The notes beneath the pieces are model-generated. The model was not told the origin of the DNA. It ran no database searches and worked only from the letters and a program-made list of their open reading frames with translations. A DNA stretch of 64,000 nucleotides from Balanoglossus misakiensis (lineage: Eukaryota; Animalia; Hemichordata): assembly GCA_040954595.2 (NCBI GenBank), contig CM082588.2, forward strand, positions 11,793,398 through 11,857,397, read 5' to 3'. Numbering within the stretch: position 1 is the first letter of the stretch; the number at the start of each line of letters is the position of its first letter. This document shows, in pieces, positions 14,044-25,430 of the stretch. A program made the translations under genes and the position numbers.

Positions 14044-17000
14044 CAGACTGGCGTAAGTTATCAACGGTGATTACGTCGGATTTCCTACGGCCTGGTTTAG
14101 CTGAAGCCCCGGCACTTTAGAGCGGAAACACGCGTACATTGACCACGATGATCAAGTCAGATCTCCTACGGCCTGGCTCGACTAAAACCCCGGCACACCA
14201 TGACAGACACTAGCGTTCGTTAGCAACGGTGATCAAGTCGGATTTCCTTCGGCCTGGCTCTGCAAAAGACCCGACACTCTAGTACAAAGATGTTGGCTAA
14301 GTCGGGCAAACCGAAGAGGGGAAGTCACAGCGGGTCAACACTCGACATTTGTTCGGGTAGGACTGCATTATTGCCTGTCAATTTATAGAGAAAGCCCGAA
14401 TTTAACCAGGGCGTTTCAAACACCGACGTTAGTTGGGGGCACGGCCTGCAGTACTGCCGGGTAAGCTGACATCGGCGTACCGCATATAATGTAAGGGGGG
14501 GGGGGGAACAGAACGGTTCAATACTACATTTATTAGATATCAGCTAATTTTGGACAATCATCTAAAATCTAAATCATTTTTTCATATTTGGATATCTGAT
14601 GATGTATCAAATTTCTATTATATGTAAAGATGGTGCTGATTATAAAAAATGCACTCTGAATGAGCTGATTTAATACAAAATTGCGTTTTATTCGTTTTTG
14701 CACCAAAAAGGTCATTTTTAGGCAAAACATTCTTTATTTTTTTTAATTCGGTGACCTGATCATATACAAACAATTGCTTGTATGTTAAAAGTTTTTATGA
14801 CTTTTAAAAGCAGTGACACTGGCGGCATTCAACACGAAAATAACAATTTTAACCACAATTTGGTCAAAATGGTAAATTTTTGAAAATTACAAAAAATACC
14901 TGTTTTCTACATTTTCGGAAATCTGATGGAGTATAGAATCCTCTTCGTATATATATATCGATACAAATTCCACAAAAAACGGCCAATTTGGCTCACCGCA
15001 GACAATTTTTTTTTAATTCGGTGACCTGATCATATATAAACAATTGCTTGTATGTTAAAAGTTTTTATGACTTTTAAAAGCAGTGACACTGGCGGCATTC
15101 AACACGAAAATAACAATTTTAGCCACAATTTGGTCAAAATGGTAAATTTTTGAAAATTACAAAAAATACCTGTTTTCTACATTTTCGGAAATCTGATGGA
15201 GTATAGAATGCTCTTCGTATGTATATATCGATACAAATTCCACAAAATACAGTCTAATTTGGCTCACTGCAGACAAAATTGCGTGTTACCAAATTTTCCT
15301 TGAAAATGTCATTTTTAGAAAAAAATAAAAAACCTTTGTTCTTCGAATTTGGTGCCCTGATCATATATGACATGTTGATTGTATGTTAAAACTTTCGACC
15401 TCTCCAAAAATGCAGAGATATTGACGGAATTCAAGAAAAAATAGCCATTTTGGCCATATTTTGACAAAAATGGTAATTTTTTAAAAAATCATAAAAAATT
15501 AACTCTTTTCTTCATTTTCGGAAATATTATGGAGCATGAAGTGTCGTTCTCTTGTAAAAAGTGCTGCAAATTCCAGAAAAGGTGGTATAATTTGAATCAC
15601 CCAAGACAAAATTACCATTTTCGACTTTTTTTCGAAAAATTGTCTTTTTTACAAAATAAATAAGAATAAATTCTTTTCTTAGTTTCAAACGGGTAGAGAT
15701 ACTTTCCACACGGGTTTTCTAACATTGAATTCCCGTTCATCAACTCAGATTTCCTACAGCATAAGTCGGCTAAAACCCAGACACTCTAGAGCAGAAACAG
15801 TTGCACACTGGTAACGTTGAACAAGTCGATTTTTCTACGGCCTGGCTCGGCTAAATCTCCGTCACAATATGACAGACACTAGCGTATGTTAGCAACGGTG
15901 ATCAAGTCAGATTTCCTACGGCCTGGTTTAGCTGAAGCCCCGGCACTTTAGAGCGGAAACACGCGTACATTGACCACGATGATCAAGTCAGATCTCCTAC
16001 GGCCTGTCTCGACTAAAACCCCGGCACACCATGACAGACACTAGCGTTCGTTAGCAACGTTGATCAAGTCAGATTTCCTACGGCATGGCTTGGCTAAAGC
16101 CCTGGCACTCTAGAGCAGAAACACGCCTACAGAGACCACGTTGATCTACTCACATTTCCTTCGGCCTGGCACGGCTGATGCCCCGTTACTATATATAGGA
16201 CACAGACTGGCGTAAGTTAACAACGGTAATCACGTTGGGTTTCCTACGGCCTGGCTCAGCTGAAGCCCCGGCACTCTAGAGCAGAAACAGGCGTACATTG
16301 ACCACGTTGATCAAGTCAGATTTCCTACGGCGTGACTCGGCTGGTGCACCGGCTCTATATGACACAGACTGGCGTAAGTTATCAACGGTGATTACGTCGG
16401 ATTTCCTTCGGCCTGGTTTAGCTGAAGCCCCGGCACTTTAGAGCGGAAACACGCGTACATTGACCACGATGATCAAGTCAGATCTCCTACGGCCTGGCTC
16501 GACTAAAACCCCGGCACACCATGACAGACACTAGCGTTCGTTAGCAACGGTGATCAAGTCGGATTTCCGTCGGCCTGGCTCTGCAAAAGACCCGACACTC
16601 TAGTACAAAGACGTTGGCTAAGTCGGGCAAACCGAAGAGGGAAAGTCACAGCTGGTCAATACTCGACATTTGTTCGGGTAGGACTGCATTATTGCCTGTC
16701 AATTTATTGAGAAAGCCCGAATTAAACCCGGGCGTTTCAAACACCGACGTTAGTTGGGGGCACGGCCTGCAGTACTGCCGGGTAAGCTGACATCGGCGTA
16801 CCGCATATAATGTAGGGGGGGGGGGGGGAACAGAACGGTTCAATACTACATTTATTAGATATCAGCTAATTTTCGACAATCATCTAAAATCTAAATCATT
16901 TTTTCATATTTGGATATCTGATGATGTATGAAATTTCCATTATATGTAAAAATGGTGCTGATTATAAAAAATGCACTCTGAATGAGCTGATTTTTAGTCA

Positions 17001-20000
17001 AAACATTTTTTATTTTTTAATTCGGTGACCTGATCATATATAAACAATTGCTTGTATGTTAAAAGTTTTTATGACTTTTAAAAGCAGTGACACTGGCGGC
17101 ATTCATCACGAAAATAACAATTTTAGCCACAATTTGGTCAAAATGGTAATTTTTGGAAAGTTACAAAAATACCTGTTTTCTACATTTTCGGAAATCTGAT
17201 GGAGTATAGAATGCTCTTCGTATGTATATATCGATACAAATTCCACAAAAGACCGTTTAATTTGGCTCACTGCAGACAAAATTGCGGTTTACCAAATTTT
17301 CCTTGAAAATGTCATTTTTAGAAAAAAAAATAAAAAAACCTTTGTTTTTCGAATTTGGTGCCCTGATCATATATGACATGTTGATTGTATGTTAAAACTC
17401 TCGACCACTCCAAAAATGGTAAATTTTTGAAAAATCATAAAAAATTAACTCTTTTCTTCATTTTCGGAAATATTATGGAGCATGAAGTGTCGTTCTCTTG
17501 TAAAAAGTGCTGCAAATTCCAGAAAAGGCGGTATAATTTGAATCACCCAAGACAAAATTGCAATTTTTGGACTTTTTTTCGAAAAATTGTCTTTTTTACA
17601 AAATAAATAAGAATAAATTCTTTTCTTAGTTTCAAACGGGAAGAGATACTTTCCACACTGGTTTTCTAACATTGAATTCGCGTTCATCAACTCAGATTTC
17701 CTACAGCATAAGTCGGCTAAAACCCTGACACTCTAGAGCAGAAACAGTTGCACACTGGTAACGTTGAACAAGTCGATTTTTCTACGGCCTGGCTCGGCTA
17801 AATCTCCGTCACAATATGACAGACACTAGCGTACGTTAGCAACGGTGATCAAGTCAGATTTTCTACGGCATGGCTTGGATAAAGCCCCGGCACTCTAGAG
17901 CAGAAACACGCGTACAGAGACCACGTTGATCAAGTCTGATCTCCTACGGCTTGGCTCGACTAAAACCCCGGCACACTATGACAGACACTAGCGTTCGTTA
18001 GCAACGTTGATCAAGTCAGATTTCCTACGGCATGGCTTGGCTAAAGCCCTGGCACTCTAGAGCAGAAACAAGCGTACAGAGACCACGTTGATCTACTCAC
18101 ATTTCCTTCGGCCTGGCACGGCTGATGCCCCGGCACTATATATAGGACACAGACTGGCGTAAGTTAACAACGGTAATCACGTCGGGTTTCCTACGGCCTG
18201 GCTCAGCTGAAGCCCCGGCACTCTAGAGCAGAAACAGGCGTACATTGACCACGTTGATCAAGTCAGATTTCCTACGGCGTGACTCGGCTGGTGCACCGGC
18301 TCTATATGACACAGACAGGCGTAAGTTATCAACGGTGATTACGTCGGATTTCCTTCGGCCTGGTTTAGCTGAAGCCCCGGCACTTTAGAGCGGAAACACG
18401 CGTACTTTGACCACGATGATCAAGTCAGATCTCCTACGGCCTGGCTCGACTAAAACCCCGGCACACCATGACAGACACTAGCGTTCGTTAGCAACGGTGA
18501 TCAAGTCGGATTTCCTTCGGCCTGGCTCTGCAAAAGACCCGACACTCTAGTACAAAGACGTTGGCTAAGTCGGGCAAACCGAACAGGGAAAGTCACAGCG
18601 GGTCAACACTCGACATTTGTTCCGGGAGGACTGCATTATTGCCTGTCAATTTATAGAGAAAGCCCGAATTTAACCAGGGCGTTTCAAACACCGACGTTAG
18701 TTGGGGGCACGGCCTGCAGTACTGCCGGGTAAGCTGACATCAGCGTACCGCATATAATGTAGGGGGGGGGGGAACAGAACGGTTAAATACTACATTTATC
18801 AGATATCAGCTAATTTTGAACAATCATCTAAAATGTAAATCATCTTTTCATATTTGGATATCTGATGATGATGTATGACATTTCCATTATATGTAAAAAT
18901 GGTGCTGATTATAAAAATGCACTCTGAATGAGCTGATTTAATGCAAAATTGCGTTTTATTCGTTTTTGCACCAAAAAAGTCATTTTTAGGCAAAACATTC
19001 TTTATTTTTTTAATTCGGTGACCTGATCATATATAAACAATTGCTTGTATGTTAAAAGTTTTTTTGACTTTTAAAAGCAGTGACACTGGCGGCATTCAAC
19101 ACGAAAATAACAATTTTAGCCACAATTTGGTCAAAATGGTAAATTTTTGAAAATTACAAAAAATACCTGTTTTCTACATTTTCGGAAATCTGATGGAGTA
19201 TAGAATGCTCTTCGTATGTATATATCGATACAAATTCCACAAAAGACCGTCTAATTTGGCTCACTGCAGACAAAATTGCGTTTTACAAAATTTTCCTTGA
19301 AAATGTCATTTTTAGAAAAAAAAATAAAAAAACCTTTTATCTTCGAATTTGGTGCCCTGATCATATATGACATGTTGATTGTATGTTAAAACTTTCGACC
19401 ACTCCAAAAATGCAGAGATATTGACGGAATTCAAGAAATAATAGCCATTTTGGCCATATTTTGACAAAAATGGTAAATTTTTAAAAAAATCATAAAAAAT
19501 TAACTCTTTTCTTCATTTTCGGAAATATTATGGAGCATGAAGTGTCGTTCTCTTGTAAAAAGTGCTGCAAATTCCAGAAAAGGCGGTATAATTTGAATCA
19601 CCCAAGACAAAATTACCATTTTCGAATTTTTTTCGAAAAATTGTCTTTTTTACAAAATAAATAAGAATTAATTCTTTTCTTAGTTTCAAACGGGTAGAGA
19701 TACTTTCCACACGGGTTTTCTAACATTGAATTCCCGTTCATCAACTCAGATTTCCTACAGCATAAGTCGGCTAAAACCCTGAGACTTTAGAGCAGAAACA
19801 GTTGCACACTGGTAACGTTGAACAAGTCGATTTTTCTACGGCCTGGCTCGGCTAAATCTCCGTCACAATATGACAGACACTATCGTACGTTAGCAACGGT
19901 GATCAAGTCAGATTTTCTACGGCATGGCTTGGATAAAGCCCCGGCACTCTAGAGCAGAAACACGCGTACAGAGACCACGTTGATCTACTCACATTTCCTT

Positions 20001-20368
20001 CGGCCTGACACGGCTGATGCCCCGGCACTATATATAGGACACAGACTGGCGTAAGTTAACAACGGTAATCACGTCGGGTTTCCTACGGCCTGGCTCAGCT
20101 GAAGCCCCGGCGCTCTAGAGCAGAAACAGGCGTACATTGACCACGTTGATCAAGTCAGATTTCCTACGGCGTGACTCGGCTGGTGCACCGGCTCTATATG
20201 ACACAGACTGGCGTAAGTTATCAACGGTGATTACGTCGGATTTCCTACGGCCTGGTTTAGCTGAAGCCCCGGCACTTTAGAGCGGAAACACGCGTACATT
20301 GACCACGATGATCAAGTCAGATCTCCTACGGCCTGGCTCGACTAAAACCCCGGCACACCATGACAGAC
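14044..20368. repeat. Same ~2-kb tandem repeat, right part (resumes after the Tx1 insertion, ends abruptly at the TATGG junction)
   Basis: The unit anchor lies at 14825, 15095 (270-bp internal duplication), 17099 and 19092. The last unit stops after ...cacaccatgacagac (20368), where other units continue actagcgttcg. Confidence 0.96.
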
Positions 20369-20569
20369 TATGGAAAGCCGTTGGGGACCCCCGACAATTC
20401 TCTCAATACATGGGTAAAGTCCATAGACAAATGATAGGAACGCATATGCTGAAAATATGACGCACATTGGGTGCCGACGCCATAATCTAAAATGCCGGTA
20501 ACAACCAAATTTTTGCCGACACCTTTACTCAATCTACCGGCGCCGACAAAATCACAACCGGTGATTTGA

Positions 20570-20957
20570 TGAGTTCTCGCATCGGCGTTTCTACAGAGTT
20601 GTCGCATCGGCGTTTCAGCTAGAGTTTTCTCGCATCGGCGTTTCTGGAGAGTTTTCTCGCACCGGCATTCTACACATGCGCATTGGCGTTTCAGCTAAAA
20701 AGTTTTCTCGCATCGGCGTTTCTGGAGAGTTTTGTCGCACCGGCATTCTACACATGCGCATTGGCGTTTCAGCTAAAGAGTTTTCTCGCATCGGCGTTTC
20801 TGGAGAGTTTTGTCGCGCCGGCATTCTACACATGCGCATTGGCGTTTCAGCTAAAGAGTTTTCTCGCATCGGCGTTTCTGGAGAGTTTTGTCGCGCCGGC
20901 ATTCTACACATGCGCATTGGCGTTTCAGCTAAAGAGTTTTCCCGCATCGGCGTTTTC
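20570..20957. repeat. Subterminal 78-bp tandem repeat (~4.5 copies) built from cgcat(c/t)ggcgtttc subunits
   Basis: gcatcggcgtttctggagag recurs at about 20632, 20710, 20788 and 20866. The overlapping ORFs show a 26-aa periodicity. Each unit contains acatgcgcat. Confidence 0.92.
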
Positions 20958-20959
20958 TC

Positions 20960-21029
20960 TGATTTTCTGAGCATGCGCAGTCACCACTGCAAACAGAACT
21001 TGTGGAGCGAAGTTGTAGTGAAGGTAAGA
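20960..21029 (+). promoter_or_regulatory. Candidate promoter / non-coding first exon ending in a strong splice donor
   Basis: The CpG-rich repeats end with gcatgcgcag (NRF1-like), followed by AAG|GTAAGA with the donor after 21023. Both downstream + strand genes have a splice acceptor just before their ATG. Confidence 0.4.
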
Positions 21030-22326
21030 AAAGTTATGTTCGTTTGTCAAGTCTTTTCCGCTAGTTTCCTGCGAATCCACTGTCTCGTCTGTGTTATCTT
21101 TTTTAATTTACTGTTTCCTAAACTCTTTTCGTGAACAAATTCTCTGGTTAGTTTACGTATTTCAGCCGATCATCCACAGAGAAAGTTCTCAACTTGAAAT
21201 GATTGCTATTGATATGCTAATATGGCGCTCGCACGAAGTTAACTGAATGTCCATTTTGGGTGAGGGTCAGAGTTCGCTGGCTGGCTGTGTGGAAATCTTA
21301 CTGGTACTCCTTGGAAAAGTGGCTGCAATTTGTAAACGGACAAAAAATTTTGTTCAGGAATTTAGTTTGGGAACAGAAAATAGTCAGTTCAGGGAGGTAT
21401 AGGTCATTTTTTACTGTTCAAATGTTAACCCAAGTTGGGTTCCTGTTGGGAGTCCATAGCTGTTTGTTTTATGAGCCTACAGATAGTGAAACTGATAGTG
21501 ACACAGCTGAAAAAACATGGGTTGATTACATTATTGGTTGGTTTCTATGGACACCTGCATTTCAATTAGATGTGGTGTTCTTGTTTTCATGTATAATGTT
21601 TGCACCTAAAGTGGTAAATTTAGGAACAAGTCTGCAGACCTTTTTCAGCAACAGTCAAAACGCAACTGTGTCATAATAATGCACTGGAATATGTTGAAAA
21701 GCTGAAAAAAAGAGAGTTCAACATAATTTAGAAAAGAACAAAAAGAAATGTAACAGATGATATACACTGTCATGGAATCTCCATGAATTTGATTGAACTC
21801 TTTATTTGAACTTTGACTTTTCTTTCTAATGACATTCATGTAAATTTACATGATTTATTCCGATTTACCAACCAATTTATAAACTGTAATTTTTTTCACT
21901 ATAATGCCCCAATTTCGACTATGATATTTCACATTTGAATAAGGTATGATAAAATAAACAACTTTTGACAGTTAAGTTTACTACAGAAATTAAAAGAAAC
22001 TTCATCAAGAAGTCGCCAGATTTCATAACCGTTCATAGATTTCTGTCTGGGACAAATATAACCCAATTTGTTTCCATGTTTATTTGTTTTTCTAGTTTTG
22101 ATGCAATAAGCCTGTTGTATATGTAATACTTGTCTGTGCATTTTTTGAGAACAATTAGAATTTCCTACCAAAATGGTAATAAACTGATAAAATGAACAAT
22201 CTAACAATTCAGATATTTTCCAATATAATTAGGATACAGTTAGGCCCTGAGCTATTCAGTTTGTGTCGATATACAACTAAACTGATACAATACTGGTGTT
22301 ATACCTTTGTTACACTTGCAGACATC

Positions 22327-23613
22327 ATGTTACTGGCCCAAAAATTGCAAACTTGATATAGAAACCAAGAGACTGTAGCAAATGATGTCATCCTTCGCTT
22401 CAGAGATGGTCAGACGAGAAGGGCCCATTCATTGGTGTTGTGTCTTTTTTCGGATGTGTTTGCCGCCCGTTTGCATTCGGAATGATCCAACGACAAAACC
22501 ATTGATTGTTCTGACTTTGATCCCTTACTCATGCAAAATGTCATTGATGATTTTTATTTTGAAAAGTTAAATATTACAAGTGAAAATGTTGAAGATTATG
22601 TGGAGATATGTAACTTTTACATGATAAATTCTTTAAAAGAGAAATGTGAATCATTTTTAATTTCCAACATTGTAACTTCCCGCAGTATTAGAGACCTTGT
22701 ATTTTGTCAGAAATACCAGTTAGATAGTACTTTTGAACACTGTCTGTCAATAATTGATCAGAATGGTGTTAAACTGTTTAATTCTGAGCAAGTTTTGGAA
22801 GATTTTCTTCAACTTCCTGAAAGCATAGTTGTAAAAATAATTCAGCGTCAGACGCTTTCGGTAAAGGAAGACACACTTTTGAATGCATTGTTTTTATGGG
22901 TGGAAAGGAAACTTCAGGGTGTCAATGGCAATGATATGGATGCCCCCTTTTGTTTTGAGCCATTTCTTCCCCACATCCGTTTCTTGTCGTTAAGTGAAGA
23001 AAGTATTCATCGACTAATTTCTGAACAAATTTTGTGTTATGAAGATGTCTTCCAGATATTAAAAGCAGTTCGACATCCTGGATGCAATTTTCCTGTTCCT
23101 GGTTATGTGGATGTAATCACAAGAAATGTGGTTCCAAATAATGCCATTGTGGCGCGGCGTTTCATCAATGAAAAAAATCCAAACACATGGAAAGGAAACC
23201 AATTTGAGGGTGACAGGATTTCCTTTTCAGTGGATGTTCCTGTCTCACTGCTAGGTGTTTATGTGTTTGGAAATACAGATGAAAGTGTCCATGCTCATGT
23301 CACAATATTAAATCATCAACAAGCTGTTGTGTACAATACAGAAGCCTCAAACACTTCCCCCCAGATTACCTTTCCTGTTGTCTTCAGTAAGCTGATTAAA
23401 ATCCAACCCAATGTAGATTATTCAGTTGTCTGTCAAATCAGAGGAAATAAAGAAACATCATTCGGGTCATGTGGGATCTCTCGCCGAAGAATCACAACAT
23501 TAAAAAGTACTGATTTCTGGGTGACATTTAAAAATTTCAGTATGCAAGGTCTGAGCAATGGCACAGATGTCAGTCAGGGGCAAATCTCATCACTAATATT
23601 ATTTGATATATAA
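22327..23613 (+). pseudogene. Intronless BTB-BACK-PHR domain gene (BTBD1/2/3/6-like architecture) with two in-frame TGA stops in the BTB domain
   Basis: The frame from ATG 22327 reads MLLAQKLQT*YRNQETVANDVILRFRDGQTRRAHSLVLCLFSDVFAARLHSE*SNDKTIDCSDFDPLL and joins the 360-aa ORF at 22531 in frame. Stops lie at 22354 and 22483. BACK-like motifs: EDTLLNALFLWV, LPHIRF. PHR-like motifs: DRISFSVD, LLGVYVFG, SNGTDVSQGQI. An acceptor cttgcag precedes the ATG and AATAAA lies at 23613-23618. Confidence 0.85.
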
Positions 23614-23719
23614 ATAAAGGTGTTGTTTGGCAGGACATGGTGTATTGGTTTCTGGCACCCATCTTGACTGAAAGAATTTTGATGAAATCAATTTGTAATT
23701 CTTGAGGGATGATATGTGT

Positions 23720-24150
23720 TTTACCAGGTCCCATTTGGTATATGCATATATACCATTGGAACCTTATGGGATTGGTTGCGTCTGTAATAGTATTTATCAG
23801 AAATTTCATTTGAGGGTGTGCATCAGATGTAGTTTCCTTGATTTTGTTTTTCAAATCAAGGGGAAGAAATCAATTGTATATTTTTGGGATGATTTAGGAC
23901 ATTCTTGGTCAAAAAATATTTCTCAAAAGCCTCTACCCTGATTGCTTTGAAATTTGCAGACCCTTTAATGAAAGTGTAGATTTCGTATTCTTGTGGCTGT
24001 TTTTTCCATTTTTGGTACAAAAATCAATTTCTCTGAAACGGGTTGTCCATCCAATTGCTTTGCAATTTACTAAATGTAGTTTCCTTTGGGGATTGTTATT
24101 ATGATATATCAAAATTAAAGTGAAAATGAAAATCTTGTATTTTTGTATTA
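23720..24150 (+). mobile_element. Degenerate relative of the HINE-like element at 27255
   Basis: aggtcccatttggtatatgcatatataccattggaaccttatgggattggttg matches the start of the 27255 element. The 3' boundary is uncertain. Confidence 0.4.
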
Positions 24151-25430
24151 TGTTTTCTAGGTTTCCATGTATTAGTTGATATCAGAAAGTTTTCAATTGA
24201 TTTCTGTAAAATTTGAGTTGTGAGTCAACGGGATGTGCTCCTTTATAATTATAATGGGATCAAATCAAAGTAAAATTTGAATTGTTGTATTTTATGACAT
24301 TTTGTCTTATACATTTACCACAATTTTTTTTATCTCAAGCAGAAAAATATCCTGAACATTGTTCTTTGCAAGTTAGATGAAATCCCCTAATGAGTTTTTT
24401 TACACAGAAAATGTCTACATGTTTATATAACTTAGCCCATCTGTCAAGAGACAGTTCTATTTGCTGTTCTATTTGGTGTGTGCACAGTACACATGCCATT
24501 GGCAGCTCACGAGTCAGTCAATGGCCAGTCAGTGTTTGCCCGTTGATCTGTGTGTGTGTATTCTGGTGAAAACCTTTCCTTCCGTAATCCTTAAACGGGA
24601 CCACACTGTCCTTGACGGTATTTTTCTCTTTGATTCTGAAATTGTCATGATAATTCCAGGCCCTTACACTATAGGCACTTTGCAAATGTTAGCAGCTGAG
24701 TTATCGAACCCTATCAAAATACCTAAACTGTTTCTTTTGCTACTTACAACATATGTCTGTGACAAATACTGCTTCATCATTTTATTATATAAATGCTCAA
24801 TTGCAACACTGATTTGAGAGAAATGTATCTTGGCTTATTTTATAGTTCTGTAAATAATTTCCAAGTACATGTAGTACTGTTGACAAAATTTGATTAACTA
24901 CTGCTTTATACTGTCATGGGCACCAACTCCGTCAATTATATGTGATTGAACTGCCAGTATGAACTCTCGTAAACCGCCACATTTCCACTCCACTATGACC
25001 AATTGATCTGAGTGAAACGGCGTCGCAATGAAATTTGGACTGTCATAAGCCATATATCACATGTAAGCAATATGGATGATTTCAATGCTTCTTTATGCTT
25101 TGTATTGTGTAAAGCTCTGTTGTGTCAGCTAGTTTCTGGTTTGAGTCTAGTCATGGATTTCATTGTCAATACATGATGCGATTGCTGTTATCATAGAAAA
25201 TAGAGTTCAAGTCAACAACAGCCTTTAAACATATGCATACTGTGTCTTCTAGCAGAATACTTGGTGTATAAAAGCACTTTTGACAACTTGTATGGCATTT
25301 ATATTCTACTGGGTGTATCAACTAATAGTTTGTTCTATTGGCGGCAGCATGTAGAAATGTTCAGTGTTGCCAGTAGGAGATGAGGTACAACAGATAGTTA
25401 TTTTATGTTATGCTTTTAATATCATTTCAG

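Noticed and set aside
63-19710. Repeated short ORFs (MESISTRLKL..., MSYMIRAPNS...) in the 2-kb satellite
   Set aside because: They are F/K/I-rich translations of A/T tracts whose frames vary between units through homopolymer indels.
20615-21134. ORFs of 95-152 aa over the 78-bp repeat
   Set aside because: They are open in several frames simply because the unit length is a multiple of 3 and stop-poor; better explained as subterminal repeats.
22354-22485. Selenocysteine or readthrough interpretation of the two TGA codons
   Set aside because: The positions fit Leu and Trp rather than Cys, and AATAAA directly follows the terminal stop, leaving no room for a SECIS.
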